Source of the DNA: Spirochaetia bacterium
GTDB taxonomy: Bacteria > Spirochaetota > Spirochaetia > DSM-2461
Direction of reading: 5' to 3'
NCBI GenBank assembly: GCA_963666985.2
Contig: CAXXIA010000002.1
Span: forward strand, 1,728,001-1,792,000
DNA: 64,000 nt
Shown one piece after another: positions 41,911 to 51,468 of this stretch. Position 1 is the first letter of the stretch; each line of letters opens with the position of its first letter. A program made the position numbers and the translations under genes. Under the pieces are notes generated by a model. It was not told the DNA's origin. It saw only the letters and a list, made by a program, of their open reading frames with translations, and did not search any database.

Positions 41911-42798
41911 ATGCGTCCCGTTTCCATTCAAAGACATTACATTAAAAATCCCGCCGGTTCCTGCCTGGTTTCATTCGGGGATACGAAAGTGATCTGTACG
42001 TGCAGCGTTTCCGAGGGAGCACCGCCTTTTTTGAAATCAGGCGGCTGGCTCACGGCCGAATACGCCATGCTTCCCGGGAGCGTCTCCGGCGGCAGAAAAA
42101 AGAGAGACGGGGCGAAAAAGGACGGACGGTCAGTGGAGATTCAGCGTCTTATCGGACGCAGCCTTCGTGCGGCCGTAAACTTGGCCGCTCTTCCCGAGGT
42201 GACTCTGACCGTCGACTGTGATGTTCTGCAGGCCGACGGCGGTACGCGAACGGCCGCCATCAGCGGAGGATGGGTTGCTCTGATGGATGCGCTGGCGACT
42301 TTGGCCGCGGCTCAAACGGCGTCAACGCAAAACGCGGCAACTCAAGACGCGGCGGAACGGAGCATGCCTCTTGATTCGAGTTCCGCAGCCGCCGCCGCTT
42401 TATCGCCGAGTGTTCCGGGAACAGCGAAGGGAAACGCATCCGCCGCGGGTCTCTCTTCTTCTGCGGCTTCTTCGGCCGCCGCTTCCGGCGGTCTTCTTTC
42501 CTTCGATGCGAACGACCCCCGCGCCCGCATTCCCGGCGAATGGCTTCTGGGCCGCGTGGCCGCGGTAAGCGTCGGGATTGTCGGCGGCGAGATTGTCTGT
42601 GATCTGGACTTTAAGGCGGATCAGAACGCCGAGGTGGATATGAACGTGGTAACCCGGGACGGCGTTTACGTGGAACTCCAGGGAACCGGCGAGAAAGGTG
42701 TTTTCGACAAAAAGAGCCTGGACGCCCTGCTCGCGGCCGCCGATGAGGGGTTGGCCGTTATCGCCGCCGCTCAGGATAAGGCGCTCGGCGGTTTTTAA
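41911..42798 (+). CDS. rph: Ribonuclease PH (with internal low-complexity insertion)
   Basis: GWLTAEYAMLP, GRSVEIQRLIGRSLR, DVLQADGGTRTA, DMNVV, ELQGTGE. Confidence 0.93.
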   Translation: MRPVSIQRHYIKNPAGSCLVSFGDTKVICTCSVSEGAPPFLKSGGWLTAEYAMLPGSVSGGRKKRDGAKKDGRSVEIQRLIGRSLRAAVNLAALPEVTLTVDCDVLQADGGTRTAAISGGWVALMDALATLAAAQTASTQNAATQDAAERSMPLDSSSAAAAALSPSVPGTAKGNASAAGLSSSAASSAAASGGLLSFDANDPRARIPGEWLLGRVAAVSVGIVGGEIVCDLDFKADQNAEVDMNVVTRDGVYVELQGTGEKGVFDKKSLDALLAAADEGLAVIAAAQDKALGGF

Positions 42799-42930
42799 GA
42801 ATCAAAACCCGATATTCGCGTTCCAGAAAACGCGTTTTTTTCGGCGCGCAAAAAAAGATTCTCAACGCTCTTGTTTCATCACCGCCCGGGCGGGGCTGTG
42901 TTTACGGCCGGAAAAAAGGATAATGAGGGC

Positions 42931-44139
42931 ATGAATGCCCTGGATGAACGCCTCGGACGCATTGAAGCGGTCCTCTCCGAAATACTGCCCGATATTGTTG
43001 ATTCCTTCTGGCTTTCCCGCGCCGCGGGTCAGGAGTGTTCCGAAGCGCGAACCGATTGGGCCGATACCTTTCTGGAGCCGGGGCGCGATCTGATGCGGCG
43101 CGGCGGGAAGCGCTGGCGGCCTTTGGTTACCGTGCTGACCTGCGAGGCCCTCGGCGGCGGGCGGCGGGCCGATATTCTGGCGCCGCTCACGGAGATTCCT
43201 CACAACGGATCGCTTATTATCGACGATATCGAGGATGCTTCCCTGACGCGCCGCGGCGCTCCGTCCGTTCATCTTCTCTATGGAACCGATCTCGCCGTCA
43301 ATATGGGGAATTTAATGTATTTCCTGCCCACCATGATTTTGGACGAATTGGAAAAACGAGGATTCGAAGAGACGGCCGCGGCCGCTCTGACGCGGGATTG
43401 GCTGGCGGTGATGCGCCGTCTGCACTTCGGTCAGGGCTATGACATTCTTTGGCACCGTGAAAAAGAACTTTTTCCGGACGAAGCTTCTTATCTGCGCATG
43501 TGCCGATTCAAAACCGGCAGTCTTTCCTCTCTGGCGGCTCGGCTGGGAGCCCGGGCGGCGCTGGCCGGTCAGAAAGAAGCGGCTGGTGAGGCCGATGAGG
43601 CGGCCGTCGGCGGAACAGCCAAATCAAGCGGTAGAATCGGCGCTCACAAACGCACTGAAAAAGCCGCTCATAAAACCGCTCGCAAAATTGCTGAAAAAGT
43701 ACCGCCCGCGAGCCGCCGCAGCGAAGACTTGATCGGCGCACTCGGCGCCGCGTGGGAAGACCTGGGCACGGGATTCCAGATACTGGACGACGTGCAGAAT
43801 CTCTCAACGGGCATTCCCGGCAAGGACCGCGGCGACGATATCGTCGAAGGAAAGAAAAGCCTGCCTGTTATCCTCCACGCGGCGAAAAGGCCCGAGGACG
43901 CCGGACGCCTCGCCGAACTTTTCGCCGCGGCGGCCGAACGGGCCCCGGCCGGCGATTGGTCGCCGGTGGAAGAGGCCATAACTCTTCTTCAGCGTTCCGG
44001 CTCGGTGGAAGAGGCCCGTGAGAAAGGCCGAAGGCTGCTCTCCGGCGGTCAAACGGCATTGGAAAATCTTTTGCCCGATAATGAAGCGCGGCGATTATTA
44101 CTCGACCTGGTGGACGGTTTCCGAAAAAAGATGATATAG
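42931..44139 (+). CDS. Polyprenyl diphosphate synthase
   Basis: GGKRWRP, LIIDDIED..RRG, FKT, FQILDD, DIVEGKKS. Confidence 0.92.
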   Translation: MNALDERLGRIEAVLSEILPDIVDSFWLSRAAGQECSEARTDWADTFLEPGRDLMRRGGKRWRPLVTVLTCEALGGGRRADILAPLTEIPHNGSLIIDDIEDASLTRRGAPSVHLLYGTDLAVNMGNLMYFLPTMILDELEKRGFEETAAAALTRDWLAVMRRLHFGQGYDILWHREKELFPDEASYLRMCRFKTGSLSSLAARLGARAALAGQKEAAGEADEAAVGGTAKSSGRIGAHKRTEKAAHKTARKIAEKVPPASRRSEDLIGALGAAWEDLGTGFQILDDVQNLSTGIPGKDRGDDIVEGKKSLPVILHAAKRPEDAGRLAELFAAAAERAPAGDWSPVEEAITLLQRSGSVEEAREKGRRLLSGGQTALENLLPDNEARRLLLDLVDGFRKKMI

Positions 44140-44340
44140 GCGCAAGGCGATTTCAAATTTTCGAACGCTGTTTCAGGGGTCTTTCGTGCGGCAAAAAACG
44201 TTGGATTAATAAAATTGAAATCGCGTTGGCCGGCACCGCTTTGGGGATCACCCGAGAAAAAACACAAATTAACACCCTTGAGTGTGAGTTTTTGATAAGA
44301 ACTGTTGCATATTGTTTGGTTTGGTTCTACATTTTGAATC

Positions 44341-45132
44341 GTGGATGCGCAGAACAATCCCATTCCGGCCGAACGCCGACAGATTATCTTAAGTGAAATA
44401 CGAACGCAGGGAGCGGTTCGCGTGGATGAACTCGGCCGGCGCTTTGATGTTTCCGAAATGACCGTGCGCCGGGATTTGGACGCGCTGGAAGCCGAAGGAC
44501 TTTTGGAGCGCACACACGGCGGAGCCATCGCGCTGCAGCATATGACCGGTGAGCGGCGGTATCGCGAAAAGGACGAGGAAAACCGTGAAGCCAAGGAGCG
44601 CATCGGCCGCTTGGCCGCCGCCATGGTCGCCGACGGGGAAACCGTTCTTATCAATTCCGGCTCCACCACGCGTCAGGTTATCCGCAACCTGATTCCCCGC
44701 AAAGGCATTCGCATCGTTACCAACAACATCGCCGCCGAAGCCGATCTCCCGGATAACTGCGAAGCGGAAATTTTGCTTCTCGGCGGCCGTTATCGAAGCG
44801 CGGCCGGATGCACAGTCGGGGACTGGGCCGCACGTTTCCTTGAAGAATTAGCGCCCGCCCGGGCCATTCTGGGCGCGGACGGAATCAGTCTGAAAGAGGG
44901 CTTGAGCTCTCCCATTCCGGAAGAAGCCGCCCTTACGCGGCTCATGATTTCCCGGACGCGGGGGCCGGTGATGGTGGTGGCCGATTCGGGGAAGATCGGA
45001 CGGGTTTGTGAATTCGGCATCGGGCCGATTTCCAAGATCGATATATTGGTGACCGAACAGGGTGAGGGGAGGCCCTGGTCTGAAGACTTTGCCGCCGCGG
45101 GTATCGAAGTGATTTCCGATTTCGGCGGGTGA
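44341..45132 (+). CDS. DeoR/GlpR family transcriptional regulator
   Basis: VSEMTVRRDL..RTHGGA, INSGSTT, ADSGK. Confidence 0.93.
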   Translation: MDAQNNPIPAERRQIILSEIRTQGAVRVDELGRRFDVSEMTVRRDLDALEAEGLLERTHGGAIALQHMTGERRYREKDEENREAKERIGRLAAAMVADGETVLINSGSTTRQVIRNLIPRKGIRIVTNNIAAEADLPDNCEAEILLLGGRYRSAAGCTVGDWAARFLEELAPARAILGADGISLKEGLSSPIPEEAALTRLMISRTRGPVMVVADSGKIGRVCEFGIGPISKIDILVTEQGEGRPWSEDFAAAGIEVISDFGG

Positions 45133-45463
45133 GAGACGTTCTTAAGGCTCCGTTAAGGAAACGGCTGAGCCTTGGGAATCAGCGGTGAAATCTTGTGCCG
45201 TCTTGCGGTGTGTGAGTGCGGGTAAAAAAACAGACGGCTCTTAACGGCAAATGATAAATCGGCGACCGTACTGCGGCTGTCGCGCCAAAACTCCGAACCC
45301 GATATCAGCCGCCGCTGAAACCGGCGGCCCTGTCCGCCGCGCGGCTGGCCGACATAAAAAAGAAAACTTCAGCCCCGTGCTCAAGGCTCCCGGCCGAGAG
45401 TCCGGCGGCGCGCGGCTGTCGAACAAAATAGATAAAGAAACAAAGAAACGAGGAGAGAAAAAC

Positions 45464-46603
45464 ATGGATAAGTATTTGGAAACCTACGGAGATCAGTACA
45501 AAAGCTGTCAGTGGATTGAATTCAGCCTGCTCGAAGACTTCATGAAACAGTGCCTGGTGAACATCGGCGTACCCGAGGCCGACGCCGACATCATCACCGA
45601 CGTACTCATCGAATCGGACAAACGGGGCATCGACTCGCACGGCATCGGACGGCTCAAGCCCATTTACCTGGACCGCATCGACGCCGGCATCCTCAATCCC
45701 AAGACCAAAATCGATGTAGTCAAAGACACCGAGACCACCGCGGTCCTGGACGGAAACAACGGCATGGGCCATGTGGTTTCCAAAAAGGCCATGGGCATGG
45801 CCATTGAAAAAGCCAAGAAATACGGCCTGGGCATGGTCACCGTGCGCAACTCCACCCATTACGGCATCGCCGGATACTATGCCACCATGGCCTCGGATGC
45901 CGGAATGATCGGCGTAACCGGAACCAACGCCCGGCCCTCCATCGCCCCCACAAACGGTGTGGAAAACATGCTCGGCACCAACCCGCTCACCTTCGGTTTT
46001 CCCACCGACGAGGAATTTCCCTTTGTTCTGGACTGCGCCACCAGCGTGTCCCAGCGCGGCAAAATCGAAATGTACAGCCGCGCCGGTAAAGAACTCCCCC
46101 CCGGCTGGGTTATCGACAAGAAAGGCGAAACCCGAACCGACACCGATCAGGTTCTCGTAGACCTTACCAAAGGCCTCGCGGCCCTGGCCCCCCTCGGAGG
46201 ACTGGGCGAAGTCACCGCCGGATACAAAGGCTACGGATACGCCACCGTCGTCGAAGTGCTCTCGGCCGCCCTTCAGGACGGATCCTACCTCAAGGCCCTC
46301 AATGGAACCGACGCGAACGGAAAGAAAATTCCCTACCCCCTGGGCCACTTTTTCATCGCCATCGACATCGAACATTTCGTGCCGATGTCCGTCTTCAAAC
46401 GCATCGCGGGCGCCATCATGCGCGACTTGCGCGCCTCCGAAAAAGCCCCCGGCGCCGACCGAATCTTCACGGCCGGCGAAAAAGAATATCTGGCCCGGAA
46501 GTACCGCACGGAACACGGCTGCCCGGTTCCCGAAGCCCTGCAGAAAGTCATGACCGACTGCCGCGCGCGCTGGAATCTGAACTTTAAATATCCCTGGGAT
46601 TAA
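45464..46603 (+). CDS. Ldh_2 family (malate/L-lactate dehydrogenase-like) oxidoreductase
   Basis: RGIDSHG, HYGIAGYY, GTNP, GYKGYG; SD AGGAG before ATG 45464. Confidence 0.9.
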   Translation: MDKYLETYGDQYKSCQWIEFSLLEDFMKQCLVNIGVPEADADIITDVLIESDKRGIDSHGIGRLKPIYLDRIDAGILNPKTKIDVVKDTETTAVLDGNNGMGHVVSKKAMGMAIEKAKKYGLGMVTVRNSTHYGIAGYYATMASDAGMIGVTGTNARPSIAPTNGVENMLGTNPLTFGFPTDEEFPFVLDCATSVSQRGKIEMYSRAGKELPPGWVIDKKGETRTDTDQVLVDLTKGLAALAPLGGLGEVTAGYKGYGYATVVEVLSAALQDGSYLKALNGTDANGKKIPYPLGHFFIAIDIEHFVPMSVFKRIAGAIMRDLRASEKAPGADRIFTAGEKEYLARKYRTEHGCPVPEALQKVMTDCRARWNLNFKYPWD

Positions 46604-46728
46604 TAAATCCCTTTTTAAGGGGTGACCCCCGAAGCTCCCCGCGTTCAGCCTCGGCCGGATCGGTTTTCGGCCATCCGGCCGAGCTCAGCGCCCTGAGCAA
46701 AACAGATGAATAAAATAAGGAAACAACA

Positions 46729-48009
46729 ATGGACGACATGAAGCAAAAAGCCCTGGCCTACCACCAACTCTACGGCAAGCCCGGCAAACTGGAAGTTAAT
46801 GCCACCAAACCCTGTACCACCGCCGATGAACTCTCCCTGGCCTATTCGCCGGGCGTGGCCTACCCCGTATTGGAAGTCGCCGACGATCCGGAAAACGCCT
46901 ACCGCTACACCAACAAAGGCAACCTGATCGCGGTTATCTCGAACGGAACCGCCATCCTGGGTCTCGGCGACCGCGGGGCGCTCGCCTCCAAACCGGTAAT
47001 GGAAGGCAAAGGCGTTCTCTTCAAGAGATTCGCCGACATCGACGTGTTCGACATCGAACTGAACACCAAAGACGCCGACAAAATCATCGATATTGTTAAG
47101 GCTCTGGAACCCACCTTCGGCGGCGTGAATCTCGAGGACATCGGCTCGCCCGACTGCTTTAAAATCGAGCAGGAACTCATCAAGAAATGCAATATCCCGA
47201 TTTTTCATGACGATCAGCACGGTACGGCCATCATCTGCACCGCCGGACTTCTGAACGCCGCCGAAGTTACCGGCCGCAACCTGGCCGATATGAAAGTCGT
47301 CTTCAACGGCGCCGGCGCCGCCGGAATCAGCTGCGGCAAAATGTTCATCGATGCCGGTGTGAAGAAAGAAAATCTTCTGATGTGCGACAGCAAAGGCGTC
47401 ATTTCCAAGGACCGCCCCAGCCTCACCCCGGAGAAGGCTCTCTTTGCAACCGCCCGTCCCGAACGAACCCTCGCCGAAGCGGTGAAAGGCGCCGACGTTT
47501 TCGTGGGCCTCTCCGTTGCCGACGTGCTGACTCCCGAGATGCTCTTAAGCATGAACGCCAACCCCGTCGTTTTCGCCATGGCCAACCCCAACCCGGAAAT
47601 CACCTATCCACTGGCCAAGGAAACCCGCGAGGATGTCATCATGGGAACAGGCCGCTCCGACTACCCGAACCAGGTGAACAACGTGCTCGGCTTCCCGTTC
47701 ATCTTCCGCGGCGCCCTGGACGTCCGCGCGACAAAAATTTCCGAAGGCATGAAAATGGCCGCCGCCAAAGCCCTGGCCGCCCTGGCCAAAGAACCCGTGC
47801 CCGATGAAGTCCGCAAAGCCTATGGCCGCGACTTCACCTTCGGCCCCGAATACGTGGTTCCCAAACCCTTCGACCCCCGAGTCATCGAGTGGGAAGCCGT
47901 GGCCGTGGCCAAAGCCGCCTGCGCCGAAGGCCTGGCCGCCAAACCCATTAGCGACTGGGATGCCTACGCCGCTTCATTGCGTAAGCGAATGGTCAAATAC
48001 TGGAAATAA
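46729..48009 (+). CDS. NAD(P)-dependent malic enzyme
   Basis: AYSPGVA, VMEGK, NLEDI, FHDDQHGTA, GAGAAG, NQVNN. Confidence 0.95.
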   Translation: MDDMKQKALAYHQLYGKPGKLEVNATKPCTTADELSLAYSPGVAYPVLEVADDPENAYRYTNKGNLIAVISNGTAILGLGDRGALASKPVMEGKGVLFKRFADIDVFDIELNTKDADKIIDIVKALEPTFGGVNLEDIGSPDCFKIEQELIKKCNIPIFHDDQHGTAIICTAGLLNAAEVTGRNLADMKVVFNGAGAAGISCGKMFIDAGVKKENLLMCDSKGVISKDRPSLTPEKALFATARPERTLAEAVKGADVFVGLSVADVLTPEMLLSMNANPVVFAMANPNPEITYPLAKETREDVIMGTGRSDYPNQVNNVLGFPFIFRGALDVRATKISEGMKMAAAKALAALAKEPVPDEVRKAYGRDFTFGPEYVVPKPFDPRVIEWEAVAVAKAACAEGLAAKPISDWDAYAASLRKRMVKYWK

Positions 48010-48018
48010 TCTTTAAGC

Positions 48019-48049
48019 GGCCGACCGGGAAAATTTCCCCCGGTCGGCC
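48019..48049 (+). terminator. GC hairpin after malic enzyme, probable terminator
   Basis: GGCCGACCGGG..CCCGGTCGGCC 11-bp stem; weak U-tail. Confidence 0.55.
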
Positions 48050-48245
48050 TTGGCCGATCAATCCCGCGTTGCCGGAAGTCCGTTTTAGCCTGCTTTTTCA
48101 TTTTTTCAGGCCTCTCTCCTTACGGCTCTTAATTTCCAATAACATTACGAGTATTCGCCGAGTTCCCGGCTATTCCGAGCGGGGGGAGCCGCGCGTTCCT
48201 CCAACCCCTTTTCACTCAGTGCGGCTCCGAGTCATCATGCTCCCG

Positions 48246-48899
48246 ATGAAACAAGCAATACTTTTCGACAACGACGGCACCTTGAGTGATTCGGTCCCTA
48301 TTTGCCAAGAAGCGACGAATCAAGTTCTTACAGCCCGAGGATTTCTACCGGTCTCATTAGCTCAGATTTCCGCCGGTATGCGTCTGGAAACACCCTTGCG
48401 AATGATGGAGCACGCCGGTATTGACGATATCGCTTTGGGGCGAATCATGTCCGATGAATATTATATCCAAGCCCAGCCTCTCGCGGAAAAAACAAAAATC
48501 TTCCCCGGGATAGCCGAAATGCTGGAACAGCTGATCGACGCCGGTTTTAAACTCGGAATAGTCAGCAATAACAGCACGACCTTTATTCAAAGAGTTCTCG
48601 AAAGGAACAAAATTTCGCGCTTTTTTTCAGTCCTCATCGGTGATGATAACGCCGATGAGATCAAACCTCTTCCCGGAGGACTGCTGCAGGCATGCCGGAT
48701 CCTTGGAGTCAAGCCGGAGGATGCGGTGTATGTCGGTGACGGACCTTCCGATGTCAAGGCCGCGGCCTCAGCTTCGATTCGATCCATCGGTGCCTGCTGG
48801 GATTCTTTTGCCCGAGAAAAAATCCGTCAAATGGGATTCGACCGGCTCGTCGAGACCCCTGCGGATGTTTTTTCTTCTGTCTCTACCTTATCTTCCTGA
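48246..48899 (+). CDS. HAD hydrolase (phosphoglycolate phosphatase-like)
   Basis: FDNDGTL, VSN, KP.P, YVGD..SD. Confidence 0.9.
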   Translation: MKQAILFDNDGTLSDSVPICQEATNQVLTARGFLPVSLAQISAGMRLETPLRMMEHAGIDDIALGRIMSDEYYIQAQPLAEKTKIFPGIAEMLEQLIDAGFKLGIVSNNSTTFIQRVLERNKISRFFSVLIGDDNADEIKPLPGGLLQACRILGVKPEDAVYVGDGPSDVKAAASASIRSIGACWDSFAREKIRQMGFDRLVETPADVFSSVSTLSS

Positions 48900-48951
48900 T
48901 TAAAGGTCTTTAATCCGACTTCGTCTTTCATCCTGTATTATCTTATTTTGG

Positions 48952-49073
48952 GATTATTTCCTTATCACGAATAATAGTGGGTCTTTTGGCCCATTTCTTC
49001 CGATTAATTCCTTATTACGAACAAATTGAAGCACTTTGATGAAAGCCGCTTCCGATTAATTCCTTAAAGCGAA
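48952..49073. repeat. Three 20-bp direct repeats GATTAWTTCCTTAWHRCGAA
   Basis: Copies at 48952-48971, 49002-49021 and 49054-49073 (spacing 50 and 52 bp). Confidence 0.8.
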
Positions 49074-49132
49074 TTCGCATTATATCTTTATAGCTGTATG
49101 AAGCTTGATAATCCTTCATTATTAATTTTTTA

Positions 49133-49966
49133 TCACGAATTCGTATCATCCAACGGGGATCTGACTTGCTTCAAGATTTCATCAGTCATATGCGTATACA
49201 TCATTGTTGTTTTCAGGTTTGAATGGCCCAACTGGCTTTGAATAACCCGAACGTCTGTTCCTCGTTCCAATAGATGTGTGGCAAAAGAATGCCTTAATGT
49301 ATGACAGGAAGCTTTTTTTCTTATCCCTACGTGTCCTTTGGCCTTTTCGAAAGCGGCCTGTACTGATCTAATTTGATATCTTCGTCCGCTTCTGGTTGTA
49401 AAAAGCGGGTCCTTTCCGTTTCTTTCTCCGATGATTGAGGATAATTCAGGGATTAATGTATGTGGGAGAACGACATAACGATCCTTTGCTCCCTTTCCAC
49501 GCTTAACATGAATCCGTCCATATTCTAAATCAAGATCACCAATATTAAGAGCAACTAATTCACCGACCCGCAGACCTGATCCGTATAATAGTGCAAGCAT
49601 GAGCCGATGCTTCCTGTTGTTAACAGCGTCCAGTAGTTTTACAACTTCTGTTGGGGTTAAAACGGCCGGTAAGGATCTAGATCGCTTTCTTCGAAGAGAA
49701 AAAACTTCTAGCGGCATCCTTAAGTAATCATGATAAAAGAATTTAAGTGCAGCAAATGCCATTTCACGACTTGCCTCTTTATCTTCAAAAGACTCAAGAA
49801 AATACCGAACTTTTTCTTCTCTCCCTAAATTCCGTCGAGATATTGTAAACTCAAGATAACGGGACAACATTTGTGTATAAGCCTTAATTGTCCGCTCAGA
49901 ATAGCCCCTAATCACAAGTTCTCTTTTATAGTTGTTGATAAGTGATTCCTTGGATATGATCTTCAT
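49133..49966 (-). CDS. Tyrosine recombinase, putative cassette integrase (atypical: no IntI-specific insertion)
   Basis: GLRVGE, GKGAKDR, HTLRHSFATHLL, LGH, TMMYTH; N-terminal RGYSERTIKAY. Confidence 0.92.
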   Translation of the reverse strand: MKIISKESLINNYKRELVIRGYSERTIKAYTQMLSRYLEFTISRRNLGREEKVRYFLESFEDKEASREMAFAALKFFYHDYLRMPLEVFSLRRKRSRSLPAVLTPTEVVKLLDAVNNRKHRLMLALLYGSGLRVGELVALNIGDLDLEYGRIHVKRGKGAKDRYVVLPHTLIPELSSIIGERNGKDPLFTTRSGRRYQIRSVQAAFEKAKGHVGIRKKASCHTLRHSFATHLLERGTDVRVIQSQLGHSNLKTTMMYTHMTDEILKQVRSPLDDTNS

Positions 49967-49968
49967 AT

Positions 49969-50060
49969 GCGTTATAACGCTTTGTTAGCTCATTTTTCTT
50001 GATAAGAGACTAATTAAAAGATGATTAATGTATCGAGTTAGCATCTATGATGAGTTATAA
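49969..50060 (+). other. attI-like site; core GTTATAA at 50054-50060
   Basis: GTTATAAGCCATTTT is the reverse complement of the end of cassette 1 (51201-51215), and no attC precedes it; GAGTTA is repeated at 50035 and 50052. Confidence 0.75.
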
Positions 50061-50268
50061 GCCATTTTTCTGTATAGATTTATATGTAACAAATAAGAAT
50101 AACAAATAGCGCCAGATGGATTATTCGCAAAAGGAGAACGCGCGATAGCTATAAGGCGGTCCTTGAAGTATACTAAGTATACAGAAATTGCTTCTCTTCA
50201 CACTTCATTTGGCATTTACTCTCTTCTGAGTTGAGGAGATTACGATTTTGAACAAAGGAGGAGTGAAA

Positions 50269-51162
50269 ATGAGGATCGGGACGTTCAATGTAGAGAATCT
50301 ATTTGCGAGGTATAGATTTAACAGCAACTTTGATCCGATTAATAGCGATGGATTTTCAATAAATAATCTTGCTTTTAGCATTAACGATGAAACTGCAAAA
50401 CAAATAACCGCAAAGGCAATACGAGAAGTAGATGCTGATATCTTAGCATTACAGGAAGTTGATAATCTAAAAGTTCTTGATCGATTTGTTTCAAGCTATC
50501 TTGCAAAAGAAAAGTATAAGCATCGGATATTGATTGATGCATTTGATCCAAGAAATATCGATGTTGCACTCATTTCTAGATATCCAATTAAGAATGTAAA
50601 AACTTATAGGTCTGAAAGAAATAGATCAAATACTGCGAGTCTTTTCTCAAGAGATTGTCTTGAGGTTGTGATTGATGCTGAAGGAAAAGAATTGACGGTA
50701 TATGTTAATCATTTCAAATCAATGTTAGGTGGTCGTGATAATACTTTTACTAGGAGAAAAGAACAAGTTGAAAAAGTTGCTGAAATTATAAAGGAAGCAT
50801 GGCAGATAAAGAACTACGAAGGCAACTATGCAGTAGTCGGTGATTTTAATGATTATTTAGAAGGCCGGACCTCGCTGACTGATTTGATTACACATCCAGG
50901 ATTGAAGAATGTCAGTGAACGTATTTTAGAATCAGAAAGATGGACTCACTTTTGGGCCGGTGGCAATGAATATAGACAATTAGATTTCATACTACTATCC
51001 CCTCAGTTGGCCGAAATAAATAATAATGCTCCAGACATAATGAGAATGGGGCTTCCTTATCGAGCCGAAAAATATTCTGGAGATCGGTTTGATTTCGTTG
51101 GAGAAAACACTCCAAAGGCGTCTGATCATTGTCCTATTGTCATGGATATAGAATTAGTTTAG
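50269..51162 (+). CDS. Cassette 1: endonuclease/exonuclease/phosphatase family protein
   Basis: TFNVENLF, LQEV, NHFKS, GDFND, LDFIL, SDHCP; SD GGAGG. Confidence 0.9.
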   Translation: MRIGTFNVENLFARYRFNSNFDPINSDGFSINNLAFSINDETAKQITAKAIREVDADILALQEVDNLKVLDRFVSSYLAKEKYKHRILIDAFDPRNIDVALISRYPIKNVKTYRSERNRSNTASLFSRDCLEVVIDAEGKELTVYVNHFKSMLGGRDNTFTRRKEQVEKVAEIIKEAWQIKNYEGNYAVVGDFNDYLEGRTSLTDLITHPGLKNVSERILESERWTHFWAGGNEYRQLDFILLSPQLAEINNNAPDIMRMGLPYRAEKYSGDRFDFVGENTPKASDHCPIVMDIELV

Positions 51163-51208
51163 ATCGTAAAAGGAATTAGGATAGGTAATACTACTCAGAC
51201 AAAATGGC

Positions 51209-51426
51209 TTATAACAGCTGTTGATGCGCTCCGGCCGCTAAAAGTGTTTAGCGGCCTCCGGGGCTTCGCCCAAATTTCGTTTTGGCATGGCGTCTTGCAG
51301 ATGCAGATCCAGAAGTGATGTGATACAGTCAAAGGCGAACATGGTGTTGCTGTAGAAGAGCAAGAGCACATGCCAACCGGCTTTCAGCCGGACACGAAAC
51401 GTTCGCATAACAGCGGGCCGTTAATT
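51209..51426 (+). repeat. attC-like site 1 (218 bp, type A)
   Basis: TTATAAC-AGCTGTTGATGCG...CGCATAACAGCGGGCC-GTTAATT. Confidence 0.9.
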
Positions 51427-51468
51427 GCAATATCGAGGACTCCGTTTTATAGAAAGGAGTTGAATGAC

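Noticed and set aside
45305..47220. Long antisense ORFs (403 aa, 191 aa) opposite Ldh_2 and malic enzyme
   Set aside because: Shadow frames caused by strong codon bias; the same applies to most overlapping ORFs in the GC-rich part.
49133..49966. Housekeeping xerC/xerD or prophage integrase
   Set aside because: No phage genes nearby; the AT-rich context and position divergent from an attI-like site and cassette array fit a cassette integrase better. Phylogeny is still needed.
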